A program made the position numbers and the translations under genes. Under the pieces are notes generated by a model, which saw only the letters and a program-made list of their open reading frames with translations, had not been told where the DNA came from and did not search any database. Shown here piece after piece: positions 1 through 8,583 of a DNA stretch of 64,000 nt. The stretch's first letter is position 1. Every line of letters starts with the position of its first letter. Source of the DNA: Promethearchaeota archaeon (GTDB taxonomy: Archaea; Asgardarchaeota; Lokiarchaeia; Sigyniarchaeales; SOKP01); NCBI GenBank assembly GCA_016840165.1, contig JAEOSU010000027.1, positions 1 through 64,000 of the forward strand. The letters run 5' to 3'.

Positions 1-1
1 A

Positions 2-1108
2 AGTAGTTAACCCTTCCGCGAGCAAGGTTACACTGCCGTCTATTATAGTAATGAAGGATGCTGACTGATATACAGAATAATTATCCGCTCCATTGGATGC
101 GTTCCAATTTAAGTTAAAATCGCCATCTAATTCTGGAGATTCTGCATCTGATCCTAATACGAAATCACTTGGAGGTACTTCTATGTTTGAGTAATTAGTA
201 TCAATTAATGTTAAAGTATAATAAGCTGCTCCATTATCATAATAGAAAATAGCATCCAATAAAATGCCAGTTTCATTATCATAAAAAGCGAGAGCCATCG
301 CTTCAGATAAATCTTCCAATGTCCAAGCGGTATAAGAACCTAAAATAGGTAAGACAACCCCCGTCTGACCCGTTATATTAAATACATGATCCCCCTCTCC
401 ATCAACACCAATATAGACAAGATCACCAAGTTCTTGATTTGCAAAGATCCAATAAACAGGACGACTACCAAAAAAAAGATGTCCATATCCGATATCTGTT
501 ATAAAGCGAGTCTCTTTATTTACATGGTATGCATCTAATGGTCCCACTATAGAACTAGTTTCATTCACTAAAAAGATGTTTCCCGATAAATATGTGTAAT
601 CAATTGTAAGTGTGCCAAGATCCTCACCCATGACATAATAAGAATAAGTGAGATATAATCCATCATAGATGGAGCTGATCCGAGGCGGGCCACTATTTAA
701 TACGTTCACTTGGATACAGTTTGATAAAACTGCACCTTCCATGTTCAAAGCTTCAATGATTAAGTAATAAGTTCCCGTTGGATAATCATTAATAGGATAA
801 TTTGTTTCTGTGTAACCCGTTGCTAGCATAGTCTGAAAACCATTAATTTCAGAAATAAATTCCGTATCAAAATACACTCTATAATAATTCACATTTTCCG
901 AATCAGTCCAACTTAATAAAAAGGTCCCATCTAAGTCAGGATTATCTGCATCTGAGGTTAATGTGAATGCTCCAGGTTGGCTAGTTTTTATTTTAAAATC
1001 TCCATTATTTCGATTAGAAGTTAATAAAGCTTGATTTGAAATATTGATTGCTGGTATAACTAGAGTCAACAGAATTATCGATATTAGGAATACTTTTTTA
1101 ATTTTCAT
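2..1108 (-). CDS. Secreted/surface protein with FN3-like repeats (3' end runs off the window; not in ORF track)
   Basis: Hand translation is open from the ATG at 1108 to the window edge. Signal-peptide-like start MKIKKVFLISIILLTLVIPA. Two related modules, PGAFTLTSDADNPDLDGTFLLSWTDSENVNYYRVY and PPSDFVLGSDAESPELDGDFNLNWNASNGADNYSVY, flank a beta-rich domain ending YDNETGILLD...LIDTN. Confidence 0.8.
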   Translation of the reverse strand, partial: MKIKKVFLISIILLTLVIPAINISNQALLTSNRNNGDFKIKTSQPGAFTLTSDADNPDLDGTFLLSWTDSENVNYYRVYFDTEFISEINGFQTMLATGYTETNYPINDYPTGTYYLIIEALNMEGAVLSNCIQVNVLNSGPPRISSIYDGLYLTYSYYVMGEDLGTLTIDYTYLSGNIFLVNETSSIVGPLDAYHVNKETRFITDIGYGHLFFGSRPVYWIFANQELGDLVYIGVDGEGDHVFNITGQTGVVLPILGSYTAWTLEDLSEAMALAFYDNETGILLDAIFYYDNGAAYYTLTLIDTNYSNIEVPPSDFVLGSDAESPELDGDFNLNWNASNGADNYSVYQSASFITIIDGSVTLLAEGLTT

Positions 1109-1317
1109 ATAATTCACATTATCTAATATAAAAGCGATAACAGATTTGTAATAAATTGTAAGGTAAATCTCAAGAAGATACTTTAAAATAAAAAGCTTTA
1201 CTTTAACTAATCTATTATAGATTTAAAGTATTGAACTCTTAGCTTACTTTTTAGATTAAAACCGTTTTTATTAATTTAATATGATTTAAATAGGATAATT
1301 TTATTATAGAAAATATT

Positions 1318-2409
1318 ATGGCGAACTTAATTAATACTTGCTTAATAGGGATAGGTGACGTCGCGAGTGCTTTGGTACAAGGTACAGAAAATTATAAGAA
1401 AAATCCCGACAATATTATAGGGTTATTACCAGAAATTACTCAATACTCGATTAATGATATCAAGTTTGTTCTGGGGGTGGAAGTAAATGCAAATAAAGTT
1501 GGAAAAGACTTAAGTGAGGCTATTTTTGCTGAGCCAAACTGTAATTTGAAACTATTTGAACCAAGCTTCTTGAATGCTCCCGTGATAAAAGGTCCTATTC
1601 TTGATGGATTAGACAGTAACATTAAAAATATTATTCCTATTGATGAAAATCAGAAAACGACTGAAATTATCGAAGAATTGAAACGATTTGATGTTGATGT
1701 AGTACTTATTTTACTTCCTACGGGATCCCATAAGGCTGTAAAATTCTATGCAAATGCCGCATTAGAGGCAGGTGCCAGTGTGGTGAATGGGATGCCCTCG
1801 TATGTAGCTAAAGATCCCGAATTAGTTAAAAAAGCCGAAAGATTAAGATTGTCCTTAATAGGTGATGATGTAAAATCGCAGATTGGAGCAACTATTATTC
1901 ATCGCTCTTTAGCAAATCTATTTCCTATGAGAGGAGCGATCTTAGACAGAACAATTCAACTTGATTGGGGAGGATCAAGCGATTTTCTTAATTTATTAAC
2001 TCCTATGGAAAATGGAAACCTTCGCTATGAAGAGGGGAAAAGACAATCGAAGACTGAAGCTGTTGTAGCCAATTTACAAAATCGAGACACTGTCGAATGC
2101 CAAATTTCTGCAGTAGATTACATCCCTTTCATAAAAAATCAAAAAGAGGCATATATGCGATTGGAAGGGAGAATTTTCGGAGGTGCTCCAGTCCGTGTAG
2201 ATATTACAATGTTTGTGGAAGATGGCAATAATTCTGCGGGAATATTAGCTGATTGTATTCGAGTCTCCAAAATTGCCAAAGATCGAGGAGTAGGAGGAGT
2301 TCTTAATTCAGCATGTTCATTCTTTAGTAAGCATCCTCCTGAACAGCTAGATGACATTGTTGCTAAAAAGAGACTTGTTGAGTTCATAGAAGGAAAACGA
2401 GAGTGTTAA
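1318..2409 (+). CDS. ino1: myo-inositol-1-phosphate synthase
   Basis: GIGDVASALVQG Rossmann start, GDDVKSQIGAT, DFLNL, SKTEAV and EDGNNSAG motifs of prokaryotic MIPS. Confidence 0.93.
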   Translation: MANLINTCLIGIGDVASALVQGTENYKKNPDNIIGLLPEITQYSINDIKFVLGVEVNANKVGKDLSEAIFAEPNCNLKLFEPSFLNAPVIKGPILDGLDSNIKNIIPIDENQKTTEIIEELKRFDVDVVLILLPTGSHKAVKFYANAALEAGASVVNGMPSYVAKDPELVKKAERLRLSLIGDDVKSQIGATIIHRSLANLFPMRGAILDRTIQLDWGGSSDFLNLLTPMENGNLRYEEGKRQSKTEAVVANLQNRDTVECQISAVDYIPFIKNQKEAYMRLEGRIFGGAPVRVDITMFVEDGNNSAGILADCIRVSKIAKDRGVGGVLNSACSFFSKHPPEQLDDIVAKKRLVEFIEGKREC

Positions 2410-2437
2410 ATAAAAAGTTTAAAATAAGTGAGTTTTC

Positions 2438-3349
2438 TTAACCCTTAATCTTCACTTTTGTTTTATAGTGTTGTTCTCGAATATTAATTAAATTATAGAT
2501 ATGGTCAGATATAAGACTAATACCCTCAGGAATACTTCTAAAACTCGGGAAATCATTAATATCCACTATATAAGAGCCTTCATCAGTTAAAACATAGTCT
2601 ACTCCAAATATAGACATCCCAAATTTTCTTCCTAATCGTTTAATTCTTCGTTTTAAATCTTCTGCGATGGGGACCCGAATATGAACAAGCTCTAAAGGCG
2701 ATAAATTATAATTAAGATTTAAACGGTTATGGGAAACCACAGAAACCACCCATCTACCTATAACATAAACTTTATTAATCATATCATGTCTTCCTAAATA
2801 CTGTTGAAAGAAAAGATCTCTTTCATCATATCCATGGATAAGATCATAGAATTCATTAAAGTTTTTTGCTATTCCTATTATCCTATCGTTTTTTGGTACA
2901 TTGCCAAGATTATGGGAATCTAACTTAATGATGATTTGGTTTTTCTTTAAGAGCGCTTTAACCGCCTCATTAATAGAGTAATAGGTTTGGGGAATTTTTA
3001 ATTTCTTAATTCTTTTTTCTAATAGTTGAAAAGTTTCTTTTCGGCTTTCACACATCTTAACTGAATTGATGCTATTTAATATAGGAATATTAAGATCTAG
3101 TTCTTGAAGTGCTTTGTAAATAACTATATTGTCTTTATGAGTGGTTAGTTTAAGAATAATAAAAGAAATAGGGTATTTCTTTAATTTTTTTACCAAAACT
3201 TTTTTATCAAAGGGTTTCTGCTCATTTTTAAGTAAATCTACAACATAAATATTATAATTTGTCAAGAGGAATTTCTTTATTTTATTAAAAATCTCTCTAT
3301 CTCTATTGACTATAGCTAATATATATGTTTTTTTAATATTGTTAGCCAC
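2438..3349 (-). CDS. ATP-grasp protein, ITPK1-like inositol phosphate kinase
   Basis: IILKLT, QQYL..HDMINKVYVIG and IFGVDYV...IVDINDFPSF match ITPK1 blocks (IIHKLT, QNFINH..LYKVFVVG, LFGIDII...IDINAFPGY). D-x-N rather than the RimK E-x-N. Adjacent to ino1. GTG start. Confidence 0.8.
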   Translation of the reverse strand: MANNIKKTYILAIVNRDREIFNKIKKFLLTNYNIYVVDLLKNEQKPFDKKVLVKKLKKYPISFIILKLTTHKDNIVIYKALQELDLNIPILNSINSVKMCESRKETFQLLEKRIKKLKIPQTYYSINEAVKALLKKNQIIIKLDSHNLGNVPKNDRIIGIAKNFNEFYDLIHGYDERDLFFQQYLGRHDMINKVYVIGRWVVSVVSHNRLNLNYNLSPLELVHIRVPIAEDLKRRIKRLGRKFGMSIFGVDYVLTDEGSYIVDINDFPSFRSIPEGISLISDHIYNLINIREQHYKTKVKIKG

Positions 3350-3593
3350 AGAAAAAACCCTATTAGTTTGATTTCTTTAAAACAAACTAACCTATATAAA
3401 TATATTGATAATAAAGACTTATTAGCGAAATAAATTTCCCCTCAAATATCGTTCTTTATTATAGAAGTTCCAATATTTACTTCTTATTATCATTTTAGTT
3501 AGAATTTATTTATACGAGATTTAATTATAAGATTTAATAGAATCATATCACGTAATAATAAAAGAATCTATTCTGATTAAACGGGCTCAAAAG

Positions 3594-4412
3594 TTGAAAA
3601 AAATAGGACTCATAATAGATAAATATCATTTAGAGAAGAAAGTTCAAGAGTTTATTGCTTATATGAAAAAAGTATGTAAGTTAGCGATCTATATTGAAGA
3701 GGAATATCTATTAACTTTTGATCAAACTAATTACGATGAAGATTTATTTTTTGTCAAAGGAAAAGGAGATTTGATTCTTAGTTTGGCAAAATTGATAGAA
3801 AGAGAAACAGATGTTCCAGTGATTAATTCCTCGAAAGGAATTTGGCTGGCTTATAACAGATTTTTGAATAGTACACTACTAAGAAACGCTGGTATTAAGG
3901 TTCCTAACTTCTCTCTTAATCCAAAAGAAGATTCACCTCCATTTAAAGATTATATTGTAAAAAATGTACGAGATCAAGATAATTATGATTTTGATCCAAA
4001 AATCCAACCATATGATAACTCTATAGAAGTAAAAGATCAAAGAGCAATAGAAGAAGTATATGGAAAACATGCGCAATATACCTTTTTTTATTATCAAGAA
4101 TATATTGAAAGTGAATTTGAATATAAGATCTATGGAGTTGGAGAGGATTTATACTACTTTAAGCAAAAACCAATTTTACGTGATCCGAATAAGATGAAAT
4201 CGCGAGTAAAGATTGATCCTATAGCGGAATTAGGAGAAATTGCTTATAAAGCAATGGAAATATTTAACTTAAGTATCACATCGTTAGATTTTCTAAAATC
4301 AGAAGAAGACATTTTTTATCTGACAGATGTTAATTCTACACCTAATTTCAATTATCTAAAGAATGGCCCCCAGATTGTTGGCAATTACTTATTGCAGCAA
4401 GCAAGAAGGTGA
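3594..4412 (+). CDS. ATP-grasp protein, putative ITPK1-like inositol phosphate kinase
   Basis: YQEYIE, YKIYGVG, SLDFL and LTDVNSTPNF (D-x-N). TTG start. Confidence 0.7.
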   Translation: MKKIGLIIDKYHLEKKVQEFIAYMKKVCKLAIYIEEEYLLTFDQTNYDEDLFFVKGKGDLILSLAKLIERETDVPVINSSKGIWLAYNRFLNSTLLRNAGIKVPNFSLNPKEDSPPFKDYIVKNVRDQDNYDFDPKIQPYDNSIEVKDQRAIEEVYGKHAQYTFFYYQEYIESEFEYKIYGVGEDLYYFKQKPILRDPNKMKSRVKIDPIAELGEIAYKAMEIFNLSITSLDFLKSEEDIFYLTDVNSTPNFNYLKNGPQIVGNYLLQQARR

Positions 4413-4424
4413 TGTGAAGAAATA

Positions 4425-5213
4425 ATGAAAATTGGGATACTCTCAAAGCGAGAAACAGGATTAGTTGAGAAGATTCGCTCCTATTATGCAGAAAGTGGGA
4501 ATAAAGTTACATTATATACCTCAAATAATTTAGAGGTCAACTCTTCGCTTTTTGAGAATGATTTTTATATTTTAAAATCGAAACAATTACTTTTTCTTTA
4601 TGCGGGGTATTTTCTTCATATAAACCATATTCCTGTGATTCCAGATCCAATAATAAGCTATAAGCATAAAAATAGAGTTGAGTCATATTATTCAATTAAG
4701 AATTGTGGACTAAACACACCCAAAATATATATGGGGACACCCCAGACCATTAAAGTAAAAACATCAGCCTCGGATTACCCCTTAATAGTAAAAGATTTAA
4801 TGGGATCGGGCAGTAAGGGAATTAAAATAATTGAGAGTGCTAATGATCTTGATTCTTATACGAATAACATATTATATCTCGAGAAATATATAGAAGGAAC
4901 CCATTATTTAGCATATTTTGTGAATGAAGAGATATGCGTGGGCGAAAAACAGCCACTTGCTAATGAACATTCTGAAGTAAGACTCATTAATCCAGAAAAA
5001 GATATTAAAAAAGCTTTAATGACATGGCGTGTAAAATACAATCTCCTTTTTGGGCATTTAGATATGATAAGAGAAAAGAAGACCAATAAATTAATTGTGG
5101 TAGATCCGGGCACTTTTCCAGAATTTACTAATTGGAAAGCAGATAATAATTTGGTATCAAAAATTTGCAATTTAATCTTAGAAAGATACCAAGAACGGAG
5201 GTATAATGGATGA
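4425..5213 (+). CDS. ATP-grasp protein (ITPK1/RimK-like; degenerate DPG motif)
   Basis: YPLIVK..MGSGSKGI, LEKYIEG, FGHLDMI and VVDPGTFPEF. Confidence 0.7.
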   Translation: MKIGILSKRETGLVEKIRSYYAESGNKVTLYTSNNLEVNSSLFENDFYILKSKQLLFLYAGYFLHINHIPVIPDPIISYKHKNRVESYYSIKNCGLNTPKIYMGTPQTIKVKTSASDYPLIVKDLMGSGSKGIKIIESANDLDSYTNNILYLEKYIEGTHYLAYFVNEEICVGEKQPLANEHSEVRLINPEKDIKKALMTWRVKYNLLFGHLDMIREKKTNKLIVVDPGTFPEFTNWKADNNLVSKICNLILERYQERRYNG

Positions 5214-6172
5214 GTGAAAAAGAGTTAAAAGAGTTAACCTCAAAATATCAAAAAGTAAGGTTATATAAAATAAAACATTTCATTTTTGATTTTGGGGGGG
5301 TTTTAATAGAAAAATCATTTGTCTTAAAGAATTTATTAAATATTATTGAACAAGATTTACACATCAAACTTCCAGATAAAAATGTGGACCCTCATCTTAG
5401 AAAATTACGCAGAAGGCTCTCATCGGGAAGAATTTCTGCAAGAGAGTTTTTAAATCATATTATTGAAAAGTATTATTATCCAAATCAGAATAAGAATGGA
5501 GCCCTACCACCAAAAGAAGTAAATATTGAATATTATTTGGAGTTATGGTTTAATCTATATACGAAAGTTACTAATTTTTCTTATGAAATGGCAGAGATCG
5601 TAGAGCGGTTACATAAAGCGGGATATACTGTTAGTTTAATGTCTAATACCTATGATATTCATGCTAAATCGAATGAATTGAGAGGATTTTACGATATCTT
5701 TGATAATGTTTTTCTTTCTAATGAAATCGGTTACATTAAACCAGATATGGAGAAATACAAATATGTATTGAAAAAGTTAGATACTAAACCCAAAAAGTGC
5801 GTATTTATTGATGATAAATTGGCTAACTTAATTCCAGCTCACCAATTAGGTATAATCGTGATAAGATTCGAATCTTTAGAAAAGTTTAAGGACACTTTAA
5901 AAGAAATTGGAATTGAAAAGATTAAACCAGATCTTCGAAAAGAAATTAAAAAGAAATATAAAAAGTATAAATCCAAGAAAAAAGAATATAAAAAAGCTAA
6001 AAAGGAGTATAAAAAAGCAAAAAAGGAATATTTAAAAAAAAAGCATAAAAAATCTCTGAAAAGAAGAGCTGAATTTCTACATAAGCGATTGATATATAAG
6101 AAAAAAAAAGAAGAATATAAAAAACACAAGAGAAAAAAAAAAGAATTAGTCTCAGAATTCAGAATTGCTTAA
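5210..6172 (+). CDS. HAD-superfamily phosphatase with Lys-rich C-terminal tail
   Basis: FDFGGVL (motif I), MSN, KPD and FIDD motifs. 4-nt ATGA overlap with the upstream gene. C-terminal ~75 aa dominated by Lys. Confidence 0.88.
   Translation: MSEKELKELTSKYQKVRLYKIKHFIFDFGGVLIEKSFVLKNLLNIIEQDLHIKLPDKNVDPHLRKLRRRLSSGRISAREFLNHIIEKYYYPNQNKNGALPPKEVNIEYYLELWFNLYTKVTNFSYEMAEIVERLHKAGYTVSLMSNTYDIHAKSNELRGFYDIFDNVFLSNEIGYIKPDMEKYKYVLKKLDTKPKKCVFIDDKLANLIPAHQLGIIVIRFESLEKFKDTLKEIGIEKIKPDLRKEIKKKYKKYKSKKKEYKKAKKEYKKAKKEYLKKKHKKSLKRRAEFLHKRLIYKKKKEEYKKHKRKKKELVSEFRIA
5978..6040 (+). repeat. Three imperfect 21-bp tandem units encoding KKEYKKA/KKEYKKA/KKEYLKK
   Basis: AAAAAAGAATATAAAAAAGCT / AAAAAGGAGTATAAAAAAGCA / AAAAAGGAATATTTAAAAAAA, in frame within the HAD gene. 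Confidence 0.75.
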
Positions 6173-6190
6173 AGAGGAAACAAATAGAAT

Positions 6191-7300
6191 TTATTCTTTT
6201 TCCTCTGCATTATCCTGTTTTTCAGATTGTTCCTTGTTAAAGTCTTCGACTTTCTGCATTACAGATTCTTTAGGTGTCGCAGGAAGAGGCATTTTCTCAT
6301 AGACTTCAATAAATTTGACATCTTCAATTTCGTCAGCCATATGGGTCTGAAGATCCATCGCCAGGCCAAATTTTACATAAGTAAGGTTCTGAAAAAGGAA
6401 CATCTTAGGAATTGTGATTTCTAAACTCTTATCGTTCTCATTATAGTTAACTTGAAAGTCATGCACATTTTCTTTTGGTATTCCTTTTGAAGTCATAAAA
6501 TATTCGATCTTCTCATTAAAATCCTCAATTTTATCTATAACTTCTAAATTATAGTCTATCGATTGTCCGGCTAATGGATGATTATAATCAACAATAACTC
6601 TTCCTTGAGTGATATTAGTAACAACTCCTCGCTGGCCCGTTCCTTTTTTTACAAATTCTTGTCCATATTCAGGGTTCTTACCATCATTAAGTTTTCGAAA
6701 CTTAGAAATGCCAATTCTTTCAATCTTTTTTGGATCTCTTTTCCCAAATGCCTTGGTAGGAGGGATTCTTACCGATTTTTTCTCAAAATAATTCATTGTT
6801 TCCAGAAATTCCGTTAGACCTTCATTTAAAAAACCTGGTTTTCCAACGATCACAAATTCAGGAGTATAATATCCTTGTTTTGCCTTTTCTTCATCAAATA
6901 TACCCGCCATTTTCGCGTCTTCTTCAGAAGATACTCTAAAGATTGTTCCTCTCTGAGATTTCCCGGTTATTTTTACTAAAACAAAATCATCCTTATTTAC
7001 TTTCTTACCCATAAGCCGTTTCTTTTTTTCTTCAACTTTTTTTAGTTCATCAGCGACTTTTTCTTTTTCTAGCGCATCATCTTGGGTTTCTACTGTTGAA
7101 GCTTTTGCAGGTTGATCTAAACCTAATAACTCCTTAGCGTTTTCAATGAATTTTTCAGCAGAAGTTTTTCCAATTCCCTTAATATCCACTAAATCTTCAA
7201 CTTTAGAATTAGCAAGCTTTTCTACTGAATCAATGCCTGCTTCTTTAAGATTCTCCGCTTTTTTACCTAAACCCTTGACGTCATCTAATTTTAGGCTCAT
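6191..7300 (-). CDS. FKBP-type peptidyl-prolyl isomerase (archaeal long type) with N-terminal helix-hairpin-helix domain
   Basis: PPTKAFGKRD and VDYNHPLAG (SlyD/FKBP). N-terminal VKGLGKK...IKGIGKTSAEK HhH pair. Confidence 0.88.
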   Translation of the reverse strand: MSLKLDDVKGLGKKAENLKEAGIDSVEKLANSKVEDLVDIKGIGKTSAEKFIENAKELLGLDQPAKASTVETQDDALEKEKVADELKKVEEKKKRLMGKKVNKDDFVLVKITGKSQRGTIFRVSSEEDAKMAGIFDEEKAKQGYYTPEFVIVGKPGFLNEGLTEFLETMNYFEKKSVRIPPTKAFGKRDPKKIERIGISKFRKLNDGKNPEYGQEFVKKGTGQRGVVTNITQGRVIVDYNHPLAGQSIDYNLEVIDKIEDFNEKIEYFMTSKGIPKENVHDFQVNYNENDKSLEITIPKMFLFQNLTYVKFGLAMDLQTHMADEIEDVKFIEVYEKMPLPATPKESVMQKVEDFNKEQSEKQDNAEEKE

Positions 7301-7453
7301 CTGACACCAAACTCAAATCAAAATTAGTAAATAGTTGAATGTGAAAATATATCATAGTTTTTAGATTTTTCTATAATATGGCAAAAATTCTCAGATACTA
7401 AGATCAATTATTTACAGCGCGAACGTGAATAAAAATATTTAAAATTCAGAATT

Positions 7454-8566
7454 TCAAGAAACTGGTTCCCATAAGATCCCAAGATTATCAGCATAATTTT
7501 TTACCTCGTGCATTTCTTGCATACTTGGGGTTCGATTTATTTCTTTAAAATTTGAAGCTTTATACATTGGGCGATATTGAGCCATGATATTAACCACACA
7601 GTTCGGTACTTCTTTGCTTATATAATCTAATATAGGTTTACTACAGCACTCAATATGGTTAGGCATTACTAAATGACGCACAATTATTTCTCCACTCCCT
7701 TCATCATGGATTCTCTTAAGATTTCGTGTTATTATATCATAATAGTTTTTAACACCTGAATATTTTTCGGCACATTCATTATTTCCATACTTAAAATCGG
7801 GCAACCAAAAATCCATTAGATCGATAAGAAGCGAAAGTGATTTTGAAGTTAGATAGAAATTTGAATTCCATAGTTGACAGATATTTGATTTCTGATGATT
7901 TAAGCTTCCTAAAATGGTATGAATGTTTGGTATGGGATCCCCACCCACATAGTTTATATTAAATGCTCCTTTTTCTGCTAACCGATCAGCTATATTTGCT
8001 AATTGAATGCAATCAACTTTCTTAGCAATATCACCGATTTTTCGTTTCCCTTTCCATGCTTGAGAGATGTCATAATTTTGACAAAAAACACAACCAAAAT
8101 TACATCCTTGGAAAAATATGGTACCACTGGGTACCAAAACGCTTTCTTCTCCCATGTGAAGAAATGCGGATGATACAAAGGAATCACTTGTTAAATAGCA
8201 ATAACCTTTTTGCTTTTCAATACGATTTATACCGCATTTCCTTTCACAGAAAATACATTTTTCTAGATATTTATTTGCGATAGCTGCTGCTAAATCTAAA
8301 TAGTTAGACTTTTGAATTTTTCGAGAGTCTATTTCTTCTTGATCTAAAGTTAAAAGTTCTCTAAATTCATCACTTTTATCCTCTAATAACCCTTCTAATT
8401 GTTGCTCTGAGAATGATTCGTTAAATTCAGCAAAGATTGTTTTTGCTATAAGGAATCGTGCTACTTTATGTCCTTCCATAATACCCTTATATCTTGAGAA
8501 TCGATTAGCAATCTCTTGAATATTCCAGACTGACTTCGAATCAGGACGTAATAATCTAAATACCAT
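7454..8566 (-). CDS. Radical SAM protein, PflX-like
   Basis: C..C.R.C N-terminal cluster, HMGEE..L.PSGTIFF.GCNFGCVFCQNYDIS, DFKYGN and RHLVMP. Confidence 0.9.
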   Translation of the reverse strand: MVFRLLRPDSKSVWNIQEIANRFSRYKGIMEGHKVARFLIAKTIFAEFNESFSEQQLEGLLEDKSDEFRELLTLDQEEIDSRKIQKSNYLDLAAAIANKYLEKCIFCERKCGINRIEKQKGYCYLTSDSFVSSAFLHMGEESVLVPSGTIFFQGCNFGCVFCQNYDISQAWKGKRKIGDIAKKVDCIQLANIADRLAEKGAFNINYVGGDPIPNIHTILGSLNHQKSNICQLWNSNFYLTSKSLSLLIDLMDFWLPDFKYGNNECAEKYSGVKNYYDIITRNLKRIHDEGSGEIIVRHLVMPNHIECCSKPILDYISKEVPNCVVNIMAQYRPMYKASNFKEINRTPSMQEMHEVKNYADNLGILWEPVS

Positions 8567-8583
8567 AGTAGAGTATAATTATA

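Noticed and set aside
2438-5213. Reading the three ATP-grasp genes as RimK/LysX ligases or a RiPP (graspetide) cluster
   Set aside because: D-x-N rather than E-x-N motifs, ITPK1-like blocks, ino1 adjacency and no precursor peptide gene favour inositol kinases. Not fully excluded for 4425-5213.
5839-6129. 96-aa Phe/Leu-rich minus-strand ORF that looks like a membrane protein
   Set aside because: Antisense shadow of the A-rich poly-Lys tail of the HAD gene.
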